Assembly (NCBI GenBank): GCA_900088475.1
Contig: FLMG01002472.1
Span: 1-64,000, forward strand
Direction of reading: 5' to 3'
DNA length: 64,000 bases
Origin: Hyphochytrium catenoides
Lineage: Eukaryota > Protista > Hyphochytriomycota
In this document: piece by piece, positions 1 through 9,846 of the stretch
Position numbering within the stretch: the first letter of the stretch is position 1
Layout: each line of letters starts with the position of its first letter
Program-made: the position numbers and the translations under genes
Notes under the pieces: generated by a model
Seen by the model: only the letters and a program-made list of their open reading frames with translations
The model's database searches: none
What the model was told of the DNA's origin: nothing

Positions 1-556
1 AGACAAAAAACTGTGAGAAGAATCTGATCTGGAAAACGGATATCGTATGACTGCAGTTGAGGACCGTAACGGGGGGCATACGTATCTTGCTGTGGGTCAT
101 ACACACCCGATTGGCTTCCTCCCTTTGGTTTGAGAGTCTTTTGGTGGAGGGCGGCCACTGTGGCGACCATTGTCAACACCATTTGCGATCCCAAGTCGCT
201 CGGCCGGTTGCAGCTGCATGTGATGATGTACATGTCTTTCTCTCTCTTTTCTTTCTCTTCCTTCTGTCCAACAAGTTGCCGCCGCCCTTGCTCCTGTCAC
301 CTCCTCTAGTTGTTCGAGACGAAGATCAAGATTCCTTCCTCTCTTCCTGGGAGGAGACGAAGATGACTTCCCTGCTTTCTCGGTGCCGCCGCAGCCGCTG
401 TCAGCTTCCCAGCCCTAGGTGGCCGGGTGAACAACTCTCTGCTGCTTCCTTGCTCTTCTTTTCTATCTGCCTACTAGTTCTAGTTGTTTCTCTGGTTCTC
501 TTCATAACGCAGTACATGCATACATCTTTTTCTTCTTCGTAGTAGTAGTCTACTAG

Positions 557-1022
557 TCACTCCTGAATAGTTGCTCGATAAGAANNNNNNNNNNNNNNNN
601 NNNNNNNNNNNNNNNNNNNNNAAGAGGAAGAAGAAAGAAACAATTGGCTACTACTCAAAGAAGGAAAAAGAGACGAAGAAGAAGATCCAGAAATAGAAGG
701 TATAAAAGAAGAAGAGAGATAAGAAGAAGCTTAGATATAATTACGGACTTCGTCCTACTACTCTGTCAGAGTAAAAGTATGTTATATCATCACTCCTGAT
801 TGGCTGCTCGGTAAGAAAGACCAATTCACCCAGAGACAAAAGAAAATATATTTCTAAAAGTCTATCTCACTGTTTTCCTATAATTTTATTTTGGCTACTA
901 CTCAAGAAGGGAAAAGAGAAGAAGAAGAAGTAAGAGGAGAAGAAGGATTTAAAAAAAAGGAGAGATAAGAAGAAGCTTAGATATATTTACGGACTTCGTC
1001 CTACTACTCTATCAGAATAAAA
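557..1022. repeat. Imperfect ~235-250 bp tandem duplication, GAA-rich
   Basis: TCACTCCTGA..GCTCG.TAAGAA occurs at ~557 and ~790. TTGGCTACTACTCAA(A)GAAGG...AGAGATAAGAAGAAGCTTAGATATA(A/T)TTACGGACTTCGTCCTACTACTCT occurs at ~644-765 and ~891-1010. The first unit spans an N gap. Confidence 0.85.
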
Positions 1023-1567
1023 TTTTTTATACAATCAAAAGACTACAAGGAAAAAGACCACGGTTAGCTAATGCTTACTAGTTAGTAAGTGACTGTTATC
1101 AACCTTCAAACCGCCCGTCGCTTACGCTACCCATCCTTCGTACAAAGCCCGCGTCAAGCATTGCTCCTTGAATTCTTGGGTGCTGCGAAAACGGTATCAT
1201 TCTGGAGAAGGCGAGCATCATAATAGCTGTTGAACCACAAACGCTGATTTATAAGCGGACAGAGGGGAGGATGAGGGAAGAGCAACGAAGGGAGACAGCC
1301 GACTGAACGCCAGGTCGCTCAAGATGGACGTGGGAAAGGTTAGGTTCTATGAAGAGAGAAGAGCTCCCCAGACTCTGACCTGACCTTCCCAATTTAGCTG
1401 AGCGCTTTTCTCTGGAACTTGATGAATGAATGAATTGTGAGCAAATTGCTCTTAATTAGAGCTCTAACTACACGGAGCTTCAGTAGAATCCCATACTTTC
1501 ATCATCACCACCTAACTTACCTAAGCTTAGTATCGACCTCCTTTTCGTCCTTTGAGTGGTCCCATAC

Positions 1568-1570
<3 letters not shown>

Positions 1571-1602
<32 letters not shown>
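1571..1602. repeat. (GA)16 microsatellite
   Basis: Direct reading of the sequence. Confidence 0.97.
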
Positions 1603-1604
<2 letters not shown>

Positions 1605-4600
1605 AGAGGACAGCAGGAGGTAGGATAAGATAGACGCACCCGAAGAGTCTACCTGCCATCCACTACCTCAGTCAGACATAGAGCCAGCTCCTCTGCGTGG
1701 CCACCAGCTTGCAGCCACAGGTCTTCAAGAGATAGATGATGCTGCAATAAATTCAGCCGCCATAACTCCTACCATTGCAACATAGTCAGGACGCTCGCTC
1801 TCGCAACACGCAAGTGGTGGCCAATGGTAAGGTGCAAGAAAAAATACTTCCCCCAAAACTAAGAGACCAAATTGCGTCAAATGTTGAGAAGAAGAATGGA
1901 AAGCAATCCAAGGGGGCTGCAACGTAACTTAGCGGCGAAGCCATGGTAGAATAAAGAACAGTGGGGTGGTGATAATAAGTAAGGAGGGGGTCCATGGCGA
2001 GACTGGAGTACTACCTGATGATTGTGGTGATACAAGAAAAAAGGCATCTTCCGGCGCTCCTCAACCCCAGCGCACACGTCATGGCAGTCCGTAGACAGCA
2101 CCAGACCCCTTTGTGGATTGTGGTCCGTGGTCCCACATCATGTTGTGCTGCGGCCGTAATGGCGGCTGGCTGACTTCATAATACTGCCCTATCCACTAGC
2201 GGCAGATAGACGGTTAGCAGGGTTCTGGTCGTAAGAGGGATATAGGGGGGACGGACTGGGAGTAGTATGAGTGTCGTTGCAGCGATCGCCGTGGTGCTTC
2301 ACGCAGAAAAGGGGTCGAAGAGGAGGGTATTAGAGACTGGGAACTGCAGCTCATGTTACTGGAAGTAANNNNNNNNNNNNNNNNNNNNNNNAATAAACTC
2401 GACACTATCAAGTAATCAATCAATACCGCCAACGATTGAATAAGCTAAAAATTCTGACAAGAAAGAAAAGACGTATAAAATTGTCAGAAAACTTGAGGAC
2501 GGTGACAGTGTTATATTCAAGTTCTAGTGAAACTCCGGGATTTAGTCAAGGGGGTTCCATTCAGCGTCATCGGCCCAAGCGAGGAAAGTCGCCTGAGCGA
2601 TTATGGACGGAGATAAGTATGAGAGGATCATCGGCCGGAATTGTGCTTTCTATAATAATGTTTCTGCTCCCACGAAGCCTCATTTATCCAGCCATCTCTG
2701 ACGCGTCTCAACTGAGAGAGAATCAGTGATGAGACTTACATACCATTACAGGGCCTAGCATGTCTGCAGGTCGACGTTTTGAAATGTCAAGGTTTTTATT
2801 GAACAGTCACCTTTGAACTTCAGACAAAAAAAAGATTCGCCTGGTCGATGGTGAATTCTTGAAAAAGTTCCAAGAAACTTCGACCTTCATGCCGTACTTT
2901 CCACAAACAGGATAAGTTTGTGCCCCATAAATGAGAGCAACAATGGGGTCATAGCGCATTATCATCATGTGCAGGCTGTTGGGAATCGACTTCGCCCCTT
3001 ACCGTTCTTGCGTAAGTGTATGTGTTTTACATCCAAGAAATCGGTGAAAAAAGTCTGCAGCTCTCGGTCGGTGGCACTCTACTAGGTCTCAGATCAGCTT
3101 CAGAGTTCATCAACTATGTCTCAGGAAAGCTTTAGATCTCATCAATTTCGCATGGGGACATATTGTTGTAGCCATAGTAGATACGGTTCTACAGGTGTTC
3201 TTACCATTGACTGGTCCTTATTCATATTATTAAGTACGGGAAGGCCGTTTTCAAGCTCTTACTCCTGACGTTTCTGCGGTTCAATGATGTCTGTTTAGCT
3301 TGAAGTTCCGAGTGTTTCACCATCTTTGCCCCAAAATCCCTCACCTCTCACGGCTGAAGCCTCAAACCCATACAGGTTGCAGTCACGCTCTCTACTAGAC
3401 GCTGATGGAGCCATCACAGGCCACCACCAGGTCCATCCCCATCGGCTTTCACAAGTTGTACTTGTATCCCGCCCCAGTGTTTGTGACGACCGGTCACAAA
3501 ATAGGTCTGCAATAAAACTTCTCATTACTTAGAATGGCACCATCGCAAAGTAAGTTATTTCAGGGCTGAAATGGAAGAGGGGAGCCGTGGTACCTATTAC
3601 TTGACACCGAGGGACACCTCTTCTGTGTAGAAGCAGCCCGACGACTGACTCTCCTCGCACTGGAAGTAGAGGACCAGTACTTTTTGCTTCCCGATCAGGT
3701 GGATAGGCGCAGAAGGTGCTCACGATACCTTCGCTGAGGAGTGACAAGGACGAGGACGGACAGTCCTGATTATCAGCTGCCAAGGATTGGCTATAATCAG
3801 TGTAGCGCTTGTGGGTTGGTAGCGTAGCATTAGCCGTTATCATGGGCTCGGAGTCGGTCCCTGTGGAAGGAAGAAGGGGACAATCTGTAGCGTTTAGAGC
3901 CTGCCGGAATAGATTCCCGGCACCCGTCCTCACTGCACGCTCATGGTAGGCACAGAGAAAGCCTAGGAAAGAATACCCTGGCGCAATAGCCGAAGGCAGA
4001 TCGTCTGGAAGTGTGAAGTGGGAATACAGATTAGGGCGTGACCACGCAAGCACGGTAGTAATGGCACATGGCATTGCTATGCTGCGGAACATGCAACCCT
4101 AGTTTACTACGATCAGCTAAACTTGCAAGAGGGTGTCATCATCAGGAGTATCTAGTGTGAACTACCACTTCTGATAAGCGCGTGACCCTTCTTGGCTTGG
4201 ATGGAAGCATGTCCAATGCTTCGATGACTCAAAGGAAATGCTACATATTTAGAGTCAAGGGGTACAGATGATTGGGTGGCTGGAGGCGTCACCCTCTCAG
4301 ATATCCCTAAGCATAGGAGAAAGTTTCCCCCGCAGCTGAGATTGTAGGGGTACAATCGGGTGGTCGACTCCACCTAAGATGATAAAGTTAGGCACGAGGA
4401 GGAGGGAGAGCCAACGTCAGCTTTCGCTTTTGTCCACCGGAGGATATTTTGCTCACCGGGCCTTTATTTGACCACCGTAATTAGTTGTTGGTGAAGATTA
4501 GAGCTGGACCCTGTGAGACCTTAGACGCGTTCTTATTGAGACCAGCACATATCGGAAAGATATACCGATATCACCGTTACCGCCAGCTGGTTTAGAGCCC

Positions 4601-4771
4601 CCTGATTTGGCTGAAATTTCCCCTTAGGTGCACCCTACCTATCCTCCCATGATACGCATCATCCTAGTCAACATCAAACTACTTTGTTCATACAGCCTGG
4701 GCCTTGTTTCATGATTACTGTAAGTTGCTGGAGAGTAGAGCGGGACCCTGTGAGATCTGATGATATTAACA

Positions 4772-4959
4772 GGGGGGTAGATGGTGGTTGATGACGAGAG
4801 AAGCTCTGTCTAGATGAACATAGAACAAAGGGACTTCAAGATATCTGTGAATTGACTCAAGAATGTCTCCCACCATCACACTCGAGAATGTTCTGCACGC
4901 ACCCAGTTTTAAGAAGCATCTTCTCTCAATTGGACAAGAACTTTTTAAAAAGGGATATC
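4772..4959 (+). pseudogene. Degenerate Ty1/Copia protease-region fragment
   Basis: Manual translation gives TITLENVLHAPSFKKHLLSIGQELFKKGY. This resembles the Copia pol motif 'L.NVL.VP.L.KNLLSV.QL.KKGY'. It is interrupted at 4960 by LTR family C. Confidence 0.65.
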
Positions 4960-5036
4960 TGCTAGATTTTAATCATTGGATGGTGAGCACTTTGAATTAA
5001 TATTGGGGGGTGTCTGGATATACCGGAGAAAAGTTT

Positions 5037-5121
5037 TGTACGCTCCGGTTTTTGAACCCAGGACCTCCCTCTGTCTTTGATGCCGACACCCTAACCAGTA
5101 TGCACCATACGCCAAACGTAC
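5037..5121 (-). ncRNA. Second, more decayed copy of the LTR tRNA-like gene
   Basis: Same acceptor stem GTACGTT/AGCGTAC. The T arm is mutated (GGTTCAAAAACCGG) and there is a 4-nt insertion. Confidence 0.7.
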
Positions 5122-5307
5122 TCTTGCTAATCTTCGTTTTTGTTTATATNNNNNNNNNNNNNNNNNNNNNNNNNNNNNNNNNNNNNNNNNNNNNNNNNNN
5201 NNNNNNNNNNNNNNNNNNNNNNNNNNNNNNNNNNNNNNNNNNNNNNNNNNNNNNNNNNNNNNNNNNNNNNNNNNNNNNNNNNNNNNNNNNNNNNNNNNAA
5301 TCGCTCT

Positions 5308-5319
5308 GAGCGTACACCA
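5308..5319 (-). promoter_or_regulatory. Primer-binding site of the family C element
   Basis: TGGTGTACGCTC directly abuts the LTR end ...CTAACA. It starts with TGG, the complement of tRNA CCA. Confidence 0.8.
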
Positions 5320-5396
5320 TGTTAGATTTTAATCGTTGGATGGTGAGCACTTTAAATTAATATTGGGGGGTGTCTGGATATACCGGAGAAAAGTCT

Positions 5397-5477
5397 TGTA
5401 CGCTCCGGGATTTGAACCCAGGACCTCTGTCTTTGATGCTGACACCCTAACCAGTATGCACCATACACCAAACGTAC
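5397..5477 (-). ncRNA. tRNA-like Pol III gene inside the 5' LTR of family C (possibly tRNA-Pro(AGG)-derived)
   Basis: GTACGTT TGGTGTATGGTGCATACTGGTTAGGGTGTCAGCATCAAAGACAGAGGTC CTGGG TTCAAAT CCCGG AGCGTAC A. It has a 7-bp acceptor stem (one G-U), an intact T arm and B box (GGTTCAAATCC), an A-box-like TGGTGCATACTGG, discriminator A, and TTTT 4 nt downstream. D and anticodon arms are non-canonical. Confidence 0.8.
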
Positions 5478-5575
5478 TCTTGACTAATCACCGTTTTTCT
5501 TTATATACCAGGGATTTTCCCCTCTGCGTCGTCCGCTGTACACTTTTTGGTTTCAGCGTCGATCACAGTTCAACA

Positions 5576-5727
5576 GTATCCTGGGGTACTGACCATAAGT
5601 CTTAGATATAAATATGGACATTTCCTTTACTTCATATCTCGGCTTCTACTGGGAGCTTAGAGCTGAAACTTTGGTCGTTAAGCTTGCCAGCTTGTAGGCC
5701 ACATAGCTGTGCCCTCAGACTCCAACA
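5576..5727 (-). mobile_element. Truncated LTR, family A
   Basis: Matches ~8521-8672 and the reverse complement of the start of 9847-10169. It begins TGTTGGAGTCTGAGGG on the minus strand, abuts an LTR-B fragment, and is cut by LTR C on the other side. Confidence 0.9.
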
Positions 5728-7292
5728 GAAGGCACAAAACAAAGTGTTTCAGAGTTATGATAACTAGGATATTATCATTACCGGGCATTTAAAAGTCGTA
5801 AAATTTGGGCGGATCCTTATAATCACGTTTTGAGCCCCACCTGCCCAATTGTGAGGAAAGGGCATTTAAAGAAGAACTTTACAATATGCCGTTCTAGTTC
5901 ATGATAGAAAGCGTTCTGTCAAGGACTTTGACTTGTGCGCTGTGCGCTTTCGCGCCGCTTGCTGGCGCGTTTGTTGGTGGTTGTTGAACTGCTGTATTTG
6001 AAGGCGGCGGCATGATGATGACACGACGATTCATCACAGAGACCACGTCAGCGGCAAAAAAAAGGGAACCTGTAGAGCATATATGCCGCCTCATCAATCT
6101 TCACCATCGTCTGATACTACCAGCAGCTTCCCCTATTTATTTCCTTTCCCTATAATTGAGAATTCCTCGGAGAGGGAGGATCTTCTACTCCCAGAGATCC
6201 TTCAGACAACATCATCAGAAGAAAAGATGGTGGCCTTCGGGTGCAGGATCATCTCCATGCATTTTGCATTTATTCGCTATCTTCTTCGTAGAGCACTTTT
6301 TTGGTGATAGTTCTCAGGTTGGTCGAGACGAGAAAGGAGCTGTGCATCCTGCTGCTGCTTGTTTTCTTGATGGCTTTATGTAGTGCACTAGAGCTAGAAG
6401 AGCAGCAGCTGATGAGGTTTTTTGTGCCGACCTTCTTTTACTTTCTTGGCAATGCGTATAATAAGACGGCACGATCTCCAGGCCTCTTCTTCAGATCGGT
6501 TGGTCATCCAGCAGGAGGAACTGTTTGCCAGGCGGTGTTCAGCAGCTCGGGGCGACCGATCAGTCAATCGACACAGAGCTGCTGCGACTACTCTTCTTCT
6601 GCAGACGACGCGGCGGCGGGACCGACGAGCATCATCATCCTTATCATCGTCAGAGCAGATTGGGGCGGCAGCATGCGTTGCTGCCAAATCTATTCTTGCC
6701 GTCAAGTATAGTCAAAACTCATGGAAGACAAGAGTATCGAGGATCCAGGTTATTTGACAAGAGAGACTCTGTAAATATGTATACAACCCCAGCTGACCAA
6801 CTGGGTATTTGTCAGACCCCAGTTGTAGTCGGTGATTTAACTCTAAATTTGACAATTGGGGGCGATTTGTGATCAGCATTTATAACGTTTCCACAACCAG
6901 CACGGATTTCATACTGATAAGGGATAAATGTTGGTCTATCGTACTGTATTCTGGAATGCCCCAATTATTAAGGGTCGAAACCGTACAAATTCCCCATAGT
7001 ACATTTGTTAGAAAGTCGACCTTCACAATTGTGATCACAAATTTCCCCCCCTTGGGTGTCGATTTGTAACAAAATCTCAGCTTGGCCGACTTTTAAATGC
7101 GCGGTATTAGGTAAGTCATCATGTGACTTCAAGAAGTAGTAACTGAGTCTGGTAGTTTATATGAGTTTATCTGCAGAACTAGACAACATGATAACTAGGA
7201 AACAGGGTTCCATAAGCCCTCATACTCACTGAGTATATCAGTAGACCACGTAACCTAAATAAGAGTGTCTTCAAATCCCATACATTATAGCA
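5728..7292 (+). mobile_element. 5' LTR of family B, split by a DNA transposon (pieces 5728-5780 and ~7105-7292)
   Basis: Both pieces align consecutively to the intact LTR B at 11283-11590. It ends ...TCCCATACATTATAGCA and is followed by a PBS. Confidence 0.88.
5781..7104. mobile_element. Non-autonomous TIR DNA transposon, TA-flanked (Tc1/mariner/pogo-type by TSD)
   Basis: 18-bp TIRs CCGGGCATTTAAAAGTCG (5781-5798) and CGACTTTTAAATGCGCGG (7087-7104), one mismatch. TA lies on both sides and the element precisely interrupts LTR B. No transposase motif was recognised inside. Confidence 0.8.
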
Positions 7293-7305
7293 GTTTATGG
7301 GCCCA
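7293..7305 (+). promoter_or_regulatory. Copia-type PBS (half-tRNA iMet type) of element B
   Basis: GTTTATGGGCCCA right after the LTR, one mismatch from the GGTTATGGGCCCA PBS of Drosophila copia-like elements. Confidence 0.8.
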
Positions 7306-7447
7306 CGCTTTCTTCAGGACTTCAGCGAGCTCTCTGGACCAACCAAATCAAGAACAAGAACAAGACTTACCCCTGTAGTAACCAACTCTCCTCCAGGATC
7401 AAGACCAAGACCACCCCTGCAGTATCCAACTCTCCTTCAAAATCGTA

Positions 7448-7497
7448 GAGCACTCTCATCTAATGACATTGTCCAGTCATCCCATACAAATCCAACA
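7448..7497 (+). mobile_element. 3' terminal 50 bp of an LTR A copy
   Basis: GAGCACTCTCATCTAATGACATTGTCCAGTCATCCCATACAAATCCAACA matches the end of 9847-10169. Confidence 0.9.
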
Positions 7498-7737
7498 GTC
7501 AGCCGCTGCCAAAACAATCTTGTTGAACGCCCTTTTGTCATTCTTTAGCCAAGAAGACTGCATCGTAGCCGTAGAAGTGGACATGGACTTGTTCTTTGAG
7601 GAGATATCAGGGGATCCTTGGCTCCCGTCAACATGATGGAGGTTCAGTTCATCGAGATAAGCCTCCATCTTCAATCGCCAAACAGGGTAATCCTCCATCC
7701 CTTGTAGCTTTGATATCATAATCACGAAGGAGCTCAT
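7498..7737 (-). pseudogene. gag: Copia gag N-terminal part (inverted)
   Basis: MSSFVIMISKLQGMEDYPVWRLKMEAYLDELNL...WLKNDKRAFNKIVLAAAD is a typical Copia gag N-terminus (KL.G..NY..W...M.AYL; W...D.KA...I.L). It ends at the LTR junction. Confidence 0.85.
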
Positions 7738-8338
7738 AATGCTGATGATTCTGGCGGCTTGAAATAGGTCTTGATAATGAGAATGGAAAGAGAAATGGAC
7801 AATATGGGACTTTGTGTCCGTATGATTCGGTGTTCTTCTTCCCTTGATAAATGGGACGATATCTCCAAAACGAAGCGGTTTCAGAAGAAAATGATGGCAC
7901 CAATGAACTCAGCGATGCCGATTTACCCCCTGTCACTCTTGGAAAGCTCCGAAAAGAAGTGATTTTGGGCCGAAATCGTGCTTGAAACTTTCCCTTTAAA
8001 AAGTGCTCGTATGGTTGAAATTTTTGGTGTAGGGGTTGAAATTTATACCGAACTTTGGATGAAACTTTTCAATGTTTGGAAAGTTTCTGCAAAGCTTTCG
8101 TTGAAATATTCCCGAAAGTTTCGATGGAACAGGATTGTCGTTAGCGGCTATATAACCGTACAGGTAGCCGGTACTGGCTAGCTGTTAAGTCCGCGGGCGA
8201 GACCGGGTAGCCGTTTTTGCCCAGTGGAGCTCGTGGCTGCTCCAGGGGGGCCGACTTGATCTTGGTCTCGGTCGGGATCGCAATGGTCCAGTGGTTGGCT
8301 CAGAGGCCTCAGAAACAAGTTTCCGAGTCCTGGGGGAC

Positions 8339-8348
8339 GCCCATAACC
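8339..8348 (-). promoter_or_regulatory. Copia-type PBS of element A
   Basis: GGTTATGGGC immediately after the minus-strand LTR end ...TCCAACA. Confidence 0.85.
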
Positions 8349-8672
8349 TGTTGGATTTGTATGGGATGATTGGACAATGTCATTAGATGAGAGTGCTCGA
8401 CTTATAAGCCCAACTGGGGTCCCATAATCTAGAGCTATTCTGACTATGCCAACTATTCCGAATAAACCCTAGGATATGGAGCTATAGAGATATCCCTGTC
8501 TAGAATAGTCAGTCCTGAAGGTATTCCGGGGTACTGACCATAAGCCATAGACATAAACAGGGACATTTCGTTTGCTTCATATCTCGGCTTCTACTGGGAG
8601 TTTAGAGCTGATACTTGGGTAGTTAAGCTTGCCAGCTTGTAGTCCAGATAGCTGTGCCCTCAGACTCTAACA
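8349..8672 (-). mobile_element. Complete LTR, family A (324 bp)
   Basis: TGTT...AACA termini. It is the reverse complement of 9847-10169 with about 8 differences by manual count. Confidence 0.95.
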
Positions 8673-9583
8673 CTGACAACATTATTCCACTTCTACCTCG
8701 TAGAGGAACCGCGAGAGAAGCTTGGCTCAAATTGGAAGAATCTTTTGAGAGCAGAAGCGCAAACAACATTGTGACTACTCTTACCTCCTTCTTATCGGCA
8801 AAGGCAGATGAAGAACAAGACCTTAGCCTATTCCTGTGCGAGCAGAGAAGAAAACTTGATTTACTTCGAGAAATGATGTAGAAGAAAGATTTCTACGACA
8901 ACCTCTACAAAGCCGCAGTACTTATGGCCCTTCCACCATCATATGAAGGTATTGCTCAAGCCATCCAAGTGCGTGGAACGGGGGAACCATGTGCAAGTGC
9001 CATAGATGAAATTCTTATTGGAGAACAACACCGACGACGTGCTATGCGCTTTACCAACAAGAGTTATGATGAAGAAGAAGGCTTTGCAGCATACACTCTA
9101 CATCAACAAACGATAAAGGAACCTCACCATCACCGTCATCACGAGACCAAGAACAAGGCTCATCCAGGGTCATCAGCATCATCATCAAACATTAAAGTTC
9201 GCGACCAATGGCTGGAGTGCCCATTTTGCGGAAGTCGCAGTCATTCTTCAGAAAAATGCAGGGAACTCGAGCAGAACGCTCATCACAGGCCGTCTTTCTG
9301 GAAATCACGCTCTAAAAGGAATCTGTCAAAAGCTTTGAAGAAAATTATTGATTTATCTTCGTCAAAAACGAAGACTTCTTATCGTGAAGCAGTCAAGGCA
9401 ATACTGAGAAGAACTGAAGAACACAACCAGCTCATCACTAAGGAAGCATCTCAACAACCAGCTAAAGTATCTCTTTCCGAAGAGGAAGCACGGACAGGAG
9501 TCAACCAACATCAAGGTCCCAAGGATCCAAATGAAGGACAATCAAGCAATACGCAGGCAGGCCTCGAATCAAGGAAAGCTTGA
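8673..9583 (+). pseudogene. gag: Copia gag C-terminal part with CCHC zinc knuckle
   Basis: DNIIPLLPRRGTAREAWLKLEESF..., in-frame TAG at 8879-8881, LMALPPSYE, and CPFCGSRSHSSEKC (CX2CX4HX4C). Confidence 0.88.
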
Positions 9584-9837
9584 CGCAAAAAACAATATTC
9601 TCCACTCTTTCTACCTAGCACTGAAGCAATCAGACAATGTGGATATTTCTGGAGATCTCGACGCGTTTATCAAAGAGGCAAAGGAAACAACATCTCGCCA
9701 ACCTCGCTGTTCATCGTACATCGAAAAATGTGTGCAATGGAAACCCAAGAACCAAGCAATCTCTTTCTAGCGGGTCTACAGCATGCGGAGAGGTGTTGAA
9801 TGTTCAGCTTCGACCCTTCACAATAGGAGTTCGAGCT

Positions 9838-9846
9838 GCGGGGAGG
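9838..9846 (+). promoter_or_regulatory. Polypurine tract of element A
   Basis: GCGGGGAGG directly before the TGTTGG LTR start. The same motif precedes the LTR at 12635. Confidence 0.85.

Larger units (their letters stand above)
4960..5575 (-). mobile_element. Small LTR element (TRIM-like, family C) with a tRNA-like gene in each LTR
   Basis: Complete 256-bp LTR at 5320-5575 (minus strand TGTTGAAC...AATCTAACA), followed immediately by the PBS TGGTGTACGCTC (5319-5308). A second LTR copy at 4960-5149 runs into the N gap. Outer flanks ATATC / GTATC match 4 of 5 (possible TSD). A PPT would lie inside the gap. Confidence 0.75.

Noticed and set aside
57-542. 161-aa ORF, and a PHD-like ITCSCNRPSDLGSQMV on the opposite strand
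   Set aside because: Low-complexity antisense of GAA-rich sequence; the remaining PHD ligands are absent.
557-1022. CRISPR-like or satellite array
   Set aside because: Only two long imperfect units and no repeat-spacer periodicity; the context is eukaryotic.
2750-4380. Minus-strand ORF pieces including the 187-aa ORF at 3529-4092
   Set aside because: It looks like a decayed spliced gene, but there is no recognisable domain and there are stops in the putative exons.
4486-4771. Possible additional solo LTR (TGTTGG...TTAACA, internal repeat AGAGC.GGACCCTGTGAGA)
   Set aside because: Single copy in the window with no TSD, PBS or PPT, so it cannot be supported.
5397-5477. Ordinary functional tRNA or free-standing SINE
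   Set aside because: The anticodon arm is non-canonical, there is no SINE tail or own TSD, and it sits at the same position within both LTR copies.
4960-5510. Duplication across an N gap as a pure assembly artefact
   Set aside because: The copies differ at about a dozen sites, start exactly at a TG..CA LTR boundary, and only one is adjacent to a PBS.
8879-8881. Programmed stop-codon readthrough in gag
   Set aside because: The TAG lies mid-capsid in a rearranged copy, so a simple nonsense mutation is more likely.
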